Below, piece after piece: positions 49,568 to 63,261 of a stretch of DNA of 64,000 nucleotides (within the stretch, counting starts at the first letter, position 1; each line of letters opens with the position of its first letter). Source of the DNA: Mytilus trossulus (lineage: Eukaryota); contig NC_086385.1 in the NCBI RefSeq assembly GCF_036588685.1, forward strand, positions 4,402,001-4,466,000, written 5' to 3'. A program made the translations under genes and the position numbers. The notes beneath the pieces are model-generated. The model was not told where the DNA came from. It ran no database searches and worked only from the letters and a program-made list of their open reading frames with translations.

Positions 49568-50752
49568 CTGCAAAAGAATTAAAAAAATATTATGTTAAAC
49601 GATAGTTTGACAAAGATAAATATATATTCAAACAGTTTACATACCTTTATGTAAATCATTTCATTTTCTGCCATTCTTATAACAAGGTATTAATTAAAGG
49701 AAATTATGAAACTGACGAATTATATTCTGTAACCATCAACACACGTACCATTCTTACAAATGTTTTCATTTTAACAAATATTCTAATTTTATATTAAAAT
49801 TTGCTATGAAAAGGTCATAACACTTTCCATTGCAAATTGAATTGAAATTTGAATATAACATTGAGAGAGAAAAAAATCTTCAACATGCGTCTAATCAAAA
49901 CAACTTTTAATCGTTGGACTGGAACGAATGCCCAAAAGAGGGAAATGTTTGTCTTTCACTTTTAGATTTTGATGGTAGTCACCAACAAAAAAGAATGTTT
50001 CTTCTTCCAAGAGCTGGAAGTTCAGAAGATATTGAGTTTTATTGTGTGCCCGATGCATCGAATACTAAAAAAATAATGACAAAAATACAGAACACCACAC
50101 AAATGCAAACGGAAAGTTCCTTATAAAATGCCAATATAAAAAAACATGTGGTTCTGTTTACCCTGCCGAAGCACCTTCGATCAACCCAAGATTTTGATGG
50201 GGTTTGTGTTGTTCGTTCTTTAGTTTTCTATGTTGTGTTTTGTGAAATATTGTTTAAGTGTTGGCGTTGTCAGATTGTTTTCGACTTTGAATGTCCCTCT
50301 GGTATCTTTCGCTTCTCTTTTGTGAACAAACAACACATCATTTAGCTTAAGCGCATTGTTATATCTAAGTTACAGTGCACATGCTAATATCACAGTTAAT
50401 AAGGTCTTTTGTACCTATATGAGAATTTGTGTCAATATGTATTAAAGATACATTGCAAAATGAACATTCTAATGACAGACGACATCAGCAAACGTCAACA
50501 TTCAAAAGTGGGCAATACAATAACAAAATGTTCACATAATTCGTTTAAGACAAAGTATCAAAGGTCTTTAAATCTTTGTTTAAGACATTTCAAAATTATT
50601 AAGTGAATATGTTCAAAATAACAGCTGAATAAGAAAATTTCAGGTTTAAACAAACAGTCTAATGTGAGAACCACTATTGCATGTATATGTTGCCATTCTG
50701 TAAATAAAGACAATGCAAATTCCCATTGAAACTCCTTTTACGGCTAATATAA

Positions 50753-52068
50753 AACTAGAGACTGTGTCGCTCACCTGTTATTGTATTTACTGATGTCGGC
50801 CATCTTCGTTGGCAGGCGGGGTCATTAGACACTTTTTTTAATAGATACCCAAGTAATGATTGTGGCCAAGTTTGGTTAAATTAGGCCCATACATTGTAGT
50901 TTTAGAAAAGAAGATTTTTGTACAAGTTACAAAAATGATGAAAAGTTGTTCAATATTGACTATAAAGGGCAATTACTCCTTAAGGGGTCCTCTGAAAAAT
51001 TTGGTCATGTTGACTTATTTGTAGATCTTACTTTGCTGAACATTATTGCTGTTTACAGTTTATCTCTATCTATAATAGTATTCAAGATAATAACCAAAAA
51101 GTGCAAAATTTCCTTAAAATTACAAATTTTAGGGCAGCAACCCAACAACAGGTTCGTTGTCGGATTCATATGAAAATTTGTAAGGGGATAGATTTTGTTC
51201 TGATGGACACTTAAATCTTGAAAGATTTGCCGTAAATGTCTTAGTTTCTAAGATATAAAGCAAAAACTGCATTTTACTACTATGTTCTAATTTTAGCCAC
51301 GTCGGCCATTTTGTTTGGTAAGCAGGGTCATCGGACACATTTTTTAAACAATATACCACAATGATAATTGTGGCAAAGTTTGGTTAAATTTGGCCAAGTA
51401 GAAGAAGATGATTTGTGTACAAATTACAAATAATGACGAAAAGTTGTTAAAAATTGAATATAAAGGGCCATTACTCCTTAGGGGGTTGACTAACAATTTT
51501 GATCATTTGACTTATTTATAGGTCTTACTTTGCTGAACATTATTGCTGTTTACGGTTTCTCTCTATCTACAATAGTATTTAAGATAATAACCAAAAACTG
51601 CAAAATTTTCTTAGAATAACCAATTCAGGGGCAGCAACCCAACAACAGGTTGTCCGATTTGTCTCAAAATTTCAAGGCAGCGAGATATTGACCTGATCAA
51701 CAATTTTATTCCATGTCAGATTTGGTCTAAATGCCTTGGTTTCAAAAATATAAGCCAAAATATACATTTTACCCCTGAGTTCTATTTTTAGCCATGGCGG
51801 CCATCTTGGTTTGATGGCAAGGTCATCGGACACATTTTCCAAACTAGATACGCCAAGGGTGATTGTGACCAAGTTGGGTTAAGATTGGCTTAGTTGTTTC
51901 AGAGGAGAAGAATTTTGTAAAAGTTTACAGACGACGGACGAGGGAAGACGGACGCGGGACGACGGACGAGGGACTACGGACGCGGGACGACGGACGCGGG
52001 ACGACGCACGACGGACGCCAAGTGATGAGAAAAGCTCACTTGACCTTTCAGGTCAGGTGAGCTAAAAA
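50753..52068 (+). mobile_element. Pearl/Helentron-associated (HINE-like) element with ~500-bp internal tandem cores
   Basis: 5' ctagag...gtcgctcacctg, cores starting cggccat at about 50795, 51302 and 51798, a GACGGACG microsatellite at 51930-52018, and a 3' hairpin agctcacttgacct-ttc-aggtcaggtgagct plus an A-run. Confidence 0.8.
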
Positions 52069-52749
52069 TGTGATATGATTGCCAAAGAGACAACTGTCCA
52101 CAAGAGACCAAAATGACACAGACATTAACAATTAAGACTGTGTCCATTTTGAAAGACAGTTTCGTAAAAATGTATGTCCCTTTTTTTTTTAACTTTAAAT
52201 ATTTTATTTCGCTACTGGTTGTGAACAATGTCCCTTAGCGCTACAACAATGACGCTAAGGTTCATCCCTGTGTTGTTAATTGCTAATAAAACCAGGGGAT
52301 TTGATTAGCAAAATATATCTTATATTTATATCTTGTGTTAGTTGCATTTTACAAAGTATTCATACGAGCACACAATGCATTTATATTATTCAGTGATGCT
52401 ATATATATAAACAATTATATAAGAAAGTAATAAAAAAGGAACACAAAATAACCGGATTTTTGCCCGTCCTTTGTTTTGATTATATAAAACCAGTTTAACC
52501 GAAAAAAGAATGATCATGTGATCAGAATGATCAAGCATGGTTGACCTAATGGCTTGGCAAATAATTTCATGAAATGGTGAGTAATTTATTACAGTCATAA
52601 AGTCATTTATCAAATGTGTAAATTTTTAAACTTATAATAATCGAATATTTCAGGTAAGTAAGAATGAAGTATATTGAAGAAATCAAAGAAGAAGCTATTG
52701 ACCCCTGATCTTGATTGATTTGTAAATTATTAACTGATTGATTCTTTGT

Positions 52750-55400
52750 TATTTTAATACTGTAGTATTTATATGAGGTCTAATTCTCATAAAAAAAATA
52801 TTATATATATATATTATCATTGATATTTTCCTCTGAAATTTTCTCAAAAATAGACTATCCGGATGATACAGCATTTGTGTTTCAATTTCATTTTTTAGAA
52901 CTGACAACATGTTCACAAATTTAGTTCTCTTTTCTGATAAATAAAAACATTTATAAATCACAAAACAAATCATTGTTATGATTTGATTAAGTGGATTCTA
53001 TTCAATATCTTCAACTGTATGTCCAATTACAAGATTTTTAAGACAGAAGACATGTTTATCTATATTAAAATACATGAATATGTCATAAATTATTGACCAA
53101 TAATTTTTTACCCATTTACATTCAACGAAAAAGTTATTATAGTTGTCACATTTGGAACAAATCACACAATTTGGATTATCAGATATTTTCCAACGATGCA
53201 AATTACGATTAATTGCTGTAATATTATGCAGTAATTTCCATCTAGACATTTTCATTCTGTTATCTTTTAAAAAATGGAATGTAAAAGTAAGGTTCTTCTT
53301 TATAAAATAAGTAACGTTATCAAAAGTGAAATGATTTTTCCATACATAGAATCCAACTGGGAGCTCTTTATTAGATCTAATTAAAATATTATATATTTCT
53401 TTGAGTGAAATTTTGTCCAGATTGTAATACAATCCATGGCTATTCATCTGTATATCTTGTTGAAAATTAATTTTAGTATTTGTAGATGTTTTACTCTTTA
53501 ATTTTTATTTCCAAGATTTGGGTATAGCTTTACGTATAATACATGTTTCTGCTATCCAATTTTGTTTCCTTTTGTCTAGAATGTTTTGAGAAATTTCTCC
53601 TTTATTGTCGATTATGTCATTAATAAAAATTATATCTTCTTCTATCCAATGTTTAAAATACAAACTTTTGCCTTGATTTTTACTAAAATGTATATCCCAG
53701 AATTTAAAGTTCATATGCTATGTTTTAATAAAGGTCAAAATATGCAGCTGTTTGGCATACTTTCAACTTTTATATGCCTCGCAAACTGAGTTTAAACTTA
53801 TGATATAATTCTATAAAACCCATCACTTTGAGTTTTCCTCAGAATTGAATTTAGCCGCTATCCATGTATATAATATATACAAGTAACATTCACAAGTATA
53901 TCATGGAAACAGTAGGTAAACAGTAGGTACATTTTGTTTTATCTATGAATATTATATACATGCATCCCCACACAAAGAGGCGTGCTTTGTGAAGCAGCTG
54001 TACTTATAAAGTGCAATTTATAAGAACTTTTTATTATATTCGTAATCATATATTTTGTAATATTTTTACAAGCATTCTACTATACCTTGTATGTTGTATT
54101 TTTCTGTATCACGTACAATCCATTCCAACAGGTCTCTCTTCAGACTTTTATTTACTTTACTCAGACTTTTGTAAAGTATCTTTGAAGGATCTGCACTAGA
54201 TTTTTCTATTTTTTCTGTCCAATACCTAAGGATTTGCCAAAATGGATTAACCACTATTTTATGTTTAGCTAGTGATAAGGTATTTTTGTTAAATCCAATT
54301 TTGACACAAAATGCTACCCAGTCCTTTTTATTAACAGGAAGAATCTTTTCTACTATAAATGTACGCAGAAAGTGTCTTGCTGAAAATAAGAATGTAGTAT
54401 TTAAAGGTCGATATTAAAATGCTGAAATGATAAAACAGTCTTTGTTCCAAAAACACAAACAAATTGTCTCTGTCAAAGTTAATCTGACAGAGACTATTTG
54501 CTTTTCCATGATAGAAAATCTTTTCGTGTTTTATATCCTCACAACATTTCTTGGTCATTTTGTGAGTTTAGGTATAGAATACATTAGAATATTGCTGAAG
54601 ACTCTATACAGTTTTTCTGCAGCTTGAAACATCCCTCATTTGTTTTTATATTTGGTGGAAAATTGTTTGATTGGCAATCATACTTCATTTTATGTTTTTT
54701 GTTGTTGTCATGATTCAATGCATTTAAAGATTGAATATTCAAACTATATTCTTATACAAATCATGACACATGTTACATGTTGGAGTTCATTGAGTGTTGT
54801 ACCTTGGAGTATATAATTCTGTGGTATCTTATGCATGATCATAACGGTAAGAATATTAAAGCTCGTAGTTTTCTCCTTGATTCATTTTCTTATGAGGTTG
54901 ATTTGTATAAAGAAGTTAATTTCATCCTTTCCAATTCCAGTTCTGCTACAAAGATTACGTCCTCTCACTGATAATTCAAAGTTACTATGTGGAACCATCT
55001 TGAATTATAGGTAAGATATACAGTATGTGCCTCACATCTTGTATCATATCAATATATAAGCCAGACATAGGTAGTCTTTTGAAAGCTAAATTGTATGTCA
55101 ACACATTTGATTGCAGCTTTCTTATTGTTAACAAACTCATTATTTCTATGTAACATAATTCCAATAAGGCTCACAAATGATGTTTACATATGTACCTACA
55201 AGTTATTAATATTTTCAAGATTTTGCGTCATCCATTATGATTTTCCTGATACAGAGTTGTTAAATATCAGTATGATTTTAAACATAGGTTTCAAATGATT
55301 AAGTTGAAGTTATTCCCTTTAAGTTCACAGACATGACTATTTTAAGTTGATCTTTATAGAATATCAAAGAATTACAATCCCGTCTTTTTTCCATCGATTT
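52750..55400 (-). mobile_element. Degraded L1/Tx1-like LINE
   Basis: zf-RVT-like RWKLLHNITAINRNLHRWKISDNPNCVICSKCD...FFVECKWVKNYW and LYFKHWIEEDIIFINDI...AIPKSWK. The upstream boundary is approximate. Confidence 0.7.
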
Positions 55401-56145
55401 TGAAACGTTAAAACATCCGCGTATTTGTACGTATCTAGCTCTAAACTGCCAATTTAGCTTTTCTATAAAATGTTTTCGTCTTTCGTCAGTTTTGTTTTAC
55501 TAAGGTGTTCGATTAGTGAAACAGGGAGATAAAAGATACCAATAAGATATTCAAAGTCATAAGTTGAATCACTCTGACAATGTCATGACAAATTAAAACA
55601 ACAAACGACAAAAAAACAAATAACAGGACACAAAACATCACAAAAAAAACTATAGAATTAACAACTGCATCCCCAGCAAAACCTGGAAGTGATTTCAGGT
55701 GCTACAGATGGGTAATGATACTGTTGAATATTTTGCACTCAAATAAATACAAACCTGGATATGAAACAGATGTTCAATAAAGGTCAACCAACTATTGATG
55801 GCGTGCGTAAAATATTAGAAGGGGTGATTTCAACTTCTCCACATGGAACTATTGGTTCAAAAGTTTCCTTTTAAGTATCAACCAGACTTTTTACAATGAA
55901 ATCATATTAAGGATGGCAATCTCTGGCGTATCCTTTGGAGATATATGCTTGTAACTCGCCTTGATTATGACAGTTGTTTTCCATTCTTTTTCCGTTTTGA
56001 AATTTCTTTAGTGTTTATTATTTTTGTTATTTTACTTTTTTATATAGCATATGCTGGTTGAAGGTTGTTAATGTTGATAGTTAAACATATTCTTTATCAC
56101 TTCTGTCGTCTTTTATAATTCAAAAAATATGTTTTATCAGCATAC

Positions 56146-56263
56146 GTAGGAAAGATAAAATCAATTGATTTTTTTAAAAGAATATCTCTTCTGACATTGC
56201 CTTTGGAATCTATCAAGTAAACATTTTGCCTGCAATTTGACAGTTTGGTAACTGATATTTTTC
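56146..56263 (-). CDS. Candidate exon of the Rho-like gene C-terminal extension (phase 1-2)
   Basis: aacag|GKISVTKLSNCRQNVYLIDSKGNVRRDILLKKSIDFIFP|gtatgc. The only open frame is the one dictated by the upstream exon. Confidence 0.5.
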
Positions 56264-57242
56264 CTGTTCACAATAACATCATATTGAATTGTCTGATCTG
56301 CTACTGAACAGAACTTAACGAACCGCAAGAAAACTACATGTCTGAACATTATTTAAAATTGACTAAAAAAATTGAACATGGTTGAATAAATTTTGTTCAG
56401 ACTTTGCTGCTCCTGTTTAGATCTCAAATACTGTTTTAGACTTGCTTAATACTGGGTTGTTGATATCACCTAGGTCAAAACGTCCACCAGTACTAATATC
56501 GAACAGTCAAGTGGTTGTAAAACTTATAAGGGATACCAGATCTATCGGTAGTGATTAATATATTAAAACGGATAGATGGCCACAAAAATACGAAGTTGAA
56601 AAACAAAAATAAAATTACGGATCAAGCATTCCTTGTAGTAAAGAAGCCTTATTGTTTTTTTTTATATAATTCGACATTAAGCATGTTTAATAAATAGTAA
56701 AACTTACATAAAAAGCACATATTGATAAAATTGCATATGAATTAAAAAACAACGTACGGTCTTCTTAAGTATTTTTCGAGTCCTTTCAAATCCTCTGTAA
56801 ACAAAAACGGCATAATAAAATGAGGACACATGTGATACTATGAAACGTAAATTTTCCGATGACAGAATTGTCCGAATATATAGTTCTTATCAGGAAATAA
56901 TAAGTTCATCCACTTATAAACAAAATTACATTATCCTGATCTTCCGAGAGATAAAGACACCAAGCAGCAAATTTTGTGTTATCACAAACCAAACCGACTT
57001 ATTTAGATATTTGACCCCTTTCTCCCCTCTTTCCTTCCAAAGTTTTTGCTGACGATGGATTTATAACTGTTCACATGAATTTAAACTCAATTTCAATGAA
57101 CACTTTACATCTTAACCAAATGAATAAATATAGAATACAATAGTTAACGTTACAGATGATTGAGGTCCTAACATGTACACAAGTTAACTAAAAACATTCC
57201 TTACAACTGCTCTAAAGATTAAGTTAACTTGGAAATATTTTA

Positions 57243-58052
57243 GCAGACCTGTAATTAGTTAACGTTAACCCTACCTCACCTGACCTCATGTCTGCTTTTT
57301 ATGACTGCTGCGAACCAGAACTGAGGACAAGTTTGCTAGATCAAACCTGTTCACAGGACAGGCCATCTAGATCACACCAGTGCTGCATACAGGTCAGCTT
57401 GACCAGACTAGACCTGTATCCATGTCTGCTCGACCGGACCAAACGAGACATGTGAACAAGTCTGCTTGACCGGACCAGACCAAACCTGAAGACAAGTTTT
57501 CTTGAACAGACCAGACCAATTGACAGGTGTGTTTGACCAAACCAAACCTGTGGACAAGTTTGCTATTTAAAAGAGCAATCCTGTCAGTCATGGGGACAGG
57601 TCTGCTTTTCAATCTGTTCTATGGATATTCTTTATCACGATGATACATACAAACAAAGCAGTCCCGTTTACAAGATAACTTTGGATCATGTTATCGTTAA
57701 CATGGGATAAGTTAACTTTACCTTAGTAGAACAGACCAAACCAAAGTTAACTTGGGATAATGATAACTGTATCATGGAGCAAAACAAAACTTTTATAAGA
57801 ACAGGTCTGGTTTGACTTTTGAATGGATACCTGGTTATAAGTAAACTTGTGTGTATGACTGCAAAGTCAACTTCCTCCAAAGTAAACTTCAGCTCTGACC
57901 ATGGACCTGTCCTGAAGATGACTTTTCGGGTAATCATTTAATAGTCCTAGGACAAAGTCTGCTTTATAAGTGAACACAAATTATGTCCTAGGACCGGTCA
58001 CAGCAATCATAAAACCGGTCCTTAGTTAGCGTTAACCAGTCATAAAGTCTGC
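57243..58052. mobile_element. 810-bp MITE with long imperfect TIRs and TTA TSD (PIF/Harbinger type)
   Basis: tta|gcagacctgtaattagttaacgttaac ... gttagcgttaaccagtcataaagtctgc|tta. Inner inverted blocks at 57298 and 57984, with many GACCAGACC/GTCTGCT subrepeats. Confidence 0.75.
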
Positions 58053-58639
58053 TTATTCCCCATTTCCTTTCTCAATTTTATTATTAAGTTAACTAGCGGT
58101 AAATATTAGGGCTGCACCCATCTGTATATTTTATATTCAATTTTAACGTTACATTTTTTCTACACGAGGAAGGTCTTTCAATCACTTCAGTAATTATTTT
58201 TTTGATTTGGAAAATCTTCGAAAACTACCAAATAAACAACAACACGACGGTGTCCTATATGGAGGAAGATCAGATGACCCTTCCGGAGCAACGTAGATCG
58301 CCTCCGGGTATTGACGTGGTTTATATTGCTCAGTTGTCAGTTTTCTATTTAATCTACCGTTTTAAAACTGTATTTTTCATATGAATTTTATTCGTTTTGT
58401 ATTTGTTTTGCAATAGCGTTGTCGTTTTAATATCGTCCACCACTAATTAATATGTGCTAATGTACGACACCGTTTTTTGTTATTGCAAGAAAATGGCGAC
58501 TTTTCCATATCTAGACCATGAATAATAACTCATGTAAAATGAAGAAAGGATGGGGATAACTATCAGTCCTATTTAATGTTTGTGTATAGTTGTGTCTGGT
58601 TTCATTCGTATTTTCTTGTTTGTTTTACAAATATTCTTA

Positions 58640-59103
58640 TATAGTCTGTTGTTATTTATGTATTATTGTCATTTTGTTTATTTTCTTTGGTTACATCTTC
58701 TGACATCAGACTCGGACTTCTCTTGAACTGACTTTTAATGTGCGTATTGTTATGCTTTTACTTTTCTACACTGGTTAGAGGTATAGGGGGAGGGTTGAGA
58801 TCTCACAAACATGTTTAACCCCGCCGCATTTTTGCGCCTGTCCCAAGTCAGGAGCCTCTGGCCTTTGTTAGTCTTGTATTATTTAAATTTTAGTTTCTTG
58901 TGTACAATTTGGAAATTAGTATGGCGTTCATTATCACTGAACTAGTATATATTTGTTTAGGGGCCAGCTGAAGGACGCCTCCAGGTGCGGGAATTTCTCG
59001 CTACATTGAAGACCTGTTGGTGACCTTCTGCTGTTGTGTTTTTTTATTTTGGTCGGGTTGTTGTCTCTTTGACACATTCCCCATTTCCATTCTCAATTTT
59101 ATT
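58640..59103 (-). mobile_element. Dispersed repeat family A (young copy)
   Basis: Reverse complement of 22520-22860 plus the downstream segment shared with 25445-25530. Confidence 0.85.
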
Positions 59104-59730
59104 ATAAACTAGGATATTCGGAAGAACTTAATTGCCTCTGACTTAACCCATTGCTTATTCCCTCCTATTTCAATTATCTTAATGAAAACACTAATAAATA
59201 CTTCATGTGCAATGGTGGTTTAAAAAATGAAATTACTTAAGTACTGCATACAGTTGTTGAACACTCAAGTTTATTGTGTTTTTAACAATGGAAAGCCACA
59301 TTTAAGTTATATTCAGCGCCACATTCTGTATGTATGTGTCTGTCTAAGTCAGGAGCCTGTAAATCAGAGGTTATCGTTTGTTGATGTGTTACATATTTGT
59401 TTTTCGTTATTTTTTTGTATATAAATGAGCCGTAAATTTTCTTGTTTGAGTTGTTTAACATTAATTTTGTCATTTTAGGGCTTTTATTGCTGACTAAACG
59501 GTATCGGCATTGCTCATTGATGAAGGCCGTACGGTGACCTACTCTTATTTTTTCCATGTCATTTGGTCCCTCGCGGAGAGTAACAATTATACCGACTCTT
59601 CTTTTTACATAAGCACTTGTATATCTAAAAAAAACAATAATAATATAATCAAATGTTACAGAAAAGAACTATAATATAAATACTAACTGTCCAGACAGCA
59701 AATTTTAAGCACATTCTGCACTAGTCTTAC

Positions 59731-59806
59731 CATTTTCAAGTACATTCATCTTTAAAACGAAGGGAATATTGTTCTTCTCATATTTGAAGGCCACACCAGT
59801 TGCAAC
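59731..59806 (-). CDS. Exon following the Rho-like domain (phase 0-1)
   Basis: tcttctcatttcag|VATGVAFKYEKNNIPFVLKMNVLENG|gtaaga. Strong splice sites, and the phase matches the exon at 60700. Confidence 0.7.
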
Positions 59807-60699
59807 CTGAAATGAGAAGAGTTAGAATTGATGTATTCGTGTATTATGTAGGATAATTATCGTCTTTTTAGAAAACTCATTTAAAAACAAATATTACAAC
59901 TTTTACTTTATTTCAAATACAGTATTTCGTTTTATTAATAGCAACTAACAATCAATCGTTTGATGACTAAAATGCAAGCTCTACTGGTATCCCAGTAAAT
60001 AGTATGTATTTATTGAAAAGCTAATTAGCATACTCTTCAGTAGCTTGAACTATTTTTTGTACTTTCTATTTCAGTAAAGAGATAAAAGCAGTCAGTCTAT
60101 TTACAGTGTCAATAAATTGTTATCAATCCAATATATTGATAGAACAAGAATAGTGTCATTTTAAGTTTGAAATGTTATCTTTAAAAAAACCTTTTTGGCA
60201 ATGAAACGTGGGGTCAATTTTAAACTACACTGCAAGTGTAGTTTTTTTGATGTACCTTTTGACACACAATTACTAGTGATGACTTTGTGTTGTTGGTGTT
60301 ACTGCTAAAGGGATTTAAAAGCGTTGATTGTGTTCATTTGTTTTGTGTGATGCAATTCCCGGTTTCTGATTTAATATGCTTAGGTAACCGCTTTTACACT
60401 CTAACAGAACAGCAAAAGAAGCATTTCATTCTTAAATCGAATTGTCAGTACTCGTTCTATGAATCAAAGGAGATGAAAGTAATACACACATAAGACAGTT
60501 ATCAAACTATGAAAATAACAGAAAGACTCATAAAAGGAATAATTGTGTACAATATTGAAAAACAAATAGCATATGTCCTCACAATTTACCAAAAGTTTTA
60601 CTTCGTATTGAGTATAAGAATGAAGTACATATTGACAAAACGCGTAAAATAAGTAAATAAACTGACACATAACGTATGATGTTCTTTTATAATACTCAC

Positions 60700-60860
60700 A
60701 GCTGCGTTCAAACATGCTTCTATCCCATATCCAGTTTCAGCAGATGTTTCAAAGTATTCCAAACTGTGTCTTTTACAGATTACATCTATATCTTTTTGCA
60801 TTACTGGCATTTGTTTCATTTTTTTCAGGTGAGCCAAAATACGTTCATCATCACGGGATT
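60700..60860 (-). CDS. C-terminal part of a Rho-family-like small GTPase domain (internal exon; earlier exons not found in the window)
   Basis: ttttgtcag|ESRDDERILAHLKKMKQMPVMQKDIDVICKRHSLEYFETSAETGYGIEACLNAA|gtgagt resembles RhoA [20 protein letters not shown]...YMECSAKTKDGVREVFEMA (Rho insert helix plus G5). Confidence 0.8.
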
Positions 60861-61199
60861 CTGACAAAAGGGAAACGGATAAAGAGCATGACAAATCCAT
60901 ATCATATTGTAATCAATGTTAAGACAATTGTTTTATGTACTGATTGTACTGGTTGTTTATGTCGTTCTTTAGTTCACCAGCACAGTAGTCAGCACTTTGG
61001 TGTTGACATGAACATCAATATATGTATGGACATTGTTATAAAAACCCGTTTATAAACGTCGACATTTTTGAAAAACTATGGATATTCTTATCCCAGAAGT
61101 CGATTACCATAGCTGGTTTTTGCACAACGTTTTGGGAATATTGGTTCCTCAATGCTCTTCAACTTTGTCCTTTTTTGGCTTTTTAACTGTTTAGATATG

Positions 61200-61243
61200 A
61201 GCGTCACTGATGAGTTTTATGTAGACGTAACGCGTGTCTGGCG
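61200..61243 (+). ncRNA. Hammerhead ribozyme motif with core GAAA mutated
   Basis: gcgtca-CTGATGA-gttttatgtagac-GTAAC-gcgt-GTC-tggcg, within the repeat at about 61050-61278. Confidence 0.65.
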
Positions 61244-61424
61244 TATAAAATTATAATCCTGGTACCTTTGATAACTATTATACGTTAACCTTATTAACAA
61301 ATACGTCAGTCATCTTAAAATGTTGTATTGCAAATATGGTGAGCATCTCATTTAAATATTGAAATACAATTGTCCTCAATATACCTGTCTAATGGACCAC
61401 AAGTTTGAAATAGAAATAGGTAGC

Positions 61425-61640
61425 GTTTCTCGTTTTGTTTATATAGATTAGACCGTTGGTTTTCCCGTTTGAATGGTTTTACACTAGTAATTTTGGGGCC
61501 CTTTATAGCTTGTTGTTCGGTGTGAGCCAAGGCTCCGTGTTGAAGGCCGTACTTTAACCTATAATGGTTTAATTTTTAAATTGTTGTTTGGATGGAGAGT
61601 TGTCTCATTGGCACTCACACCACATCTCCCTATATCTAGT
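61425..61640 (-). mobile_element. Dispersed repeat family B (young copy)
   Basis: Near-identical to the reverse complement of 46040-46260. Confidence 0.85.
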
Positions 61641-63261
61641 TACCATAAATTCCAAAAAAAACATTTTGCTCAATTGTAAATTATTAAATGACGAGGAAAA
61701 CAGTAACAATATTTAAAATTCCGTAATAAATATTTCAATAACTTTGACAAGCTAGCATCAAACCGAAGGGCATCTGCTACAGTTTCAAAGAAAACAACAC
61801 TTAGCCCGACGTTAAGCGTTTGAATTCCTGGAAAACGTCACTTTGTGCGGGACGTAATGATAGTGATTTTCCGTAATAAGAAATGTAATGTGGATTTTCG
61901 ATGCTCCAATTTCTGGGTTTTTTTCCGATAGCAAACTTCCACTGTGCTTAAGGGCATCCGATACAGTTTCTCGATTAGATGTGATTTTTATAAATTTGTA
62001 ATATGTTGTAGGCTTCGGCGAGTTATAAAATAAAACACAAAATAAAACATAGGTCACCCTGCTTGTTTTCGAGAAAATTGAGGCTGAAAATTGGGGATTT
62101 GTGCAAATTTGTAAAATAAATTAGGCAATGTTAAAAAATTTCGGAGCAGATATTTTTCTTCGCAAGTTATTAAAATCGGGTTCAATCTGAAGCTGCGATA
62201 AGTGACAAAAAGGAAAAAAAATAAATCAATACATGAATACATGAATAACTATACAACTATTCAAGCCTTGCTTGTCATTGCGGGCTAAATGCTCAAAGTT
62301 ATTATGGACTGTTGATAATTTTTACGGCTTTTAAAATTAAAGACTCGGCAATTTAGAACTTGACATACAGGTACATTTACTGTACACACTCGTATATTAT
62401 TTCATACCGTATGTTGACCTCTAGATTTATTTTGTTTTGTTTGGTGGGTTGCTGTTTCATTACAAATATTCCATAAAATCCTTTTATTCACCTTTTAATC
62501 ACTGAGAAATCCAGTTTTGTTGAAACGAATTAAAAGTTAACGTCGTTTTGACAGTAAATCAAATTTAACGCGCATTGCAATTCGAATTAGAATTTACGTG
62601 AGACTAGTACGTAAAACATTTTGAATGCGAATAAAACTAATTCGAATAAGTTAATGCGAATCGAATTAGAATTACGTGTGAACTCAGCGTTATCCTGCAA
62701 ACAGAACTTCTTTTTTGTACATAAATTCTTTCACATAAATTAGGCCGTTACTTTTCTTGTTTGAATTGTTTTACATTATCATTTCGTGATCTTTTATAGG
62801 TGACTATGCGATATGGGATTTGCTCATTGTTGAAGACCGTAATGTGATCTATAGTTATTAATTTTTGTGTCATGTTTGTCTCTTGTTGAGAGTTGTCTCA
62901 TTGGCAATTATACCACATCTTCTGTTTTATGTGGTCAGATAATAAAAGCAAAATCTTATAAAGGAGAAGTCTTCAATTCGCTAACGAATGCTTTTGACCA
63001 AAAAATGAAACTATATCTTAGATTTCTTTTATTTGGCAGATACGATTGGATTAGTTGCGATTAAAATCCTTCTCGCATAGCGTTGGTCAATAACTTTTTT
63101 TAACCATATAGCGCGCACATAAAATATCGCATGTCCATTCCTCTGTCTGTCCTTCGGATCCTTCTGGTAAAATTCTTGTTAACTTTAATAGCCCTTAAAT
63201 AGCTGTGGTAACTTAAGTAACCCACAGCTCAAGTTTGCGGACTCTAAACTCGTTCATGTAT

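Noticed and set aside
49914-50126. Plus-strand ORF with LSLLDFDG resembling a Roc G3 motif
   Set aside because: Opposite strand to the ROCO gene, no other GTPase motifs, and no convincing exon structure.
56161-56349. 62-aa minus-strand ORF as a gene
   Set aside because: The splice-compatible reading is in a different frame, and the ORF has no recognisable motif.
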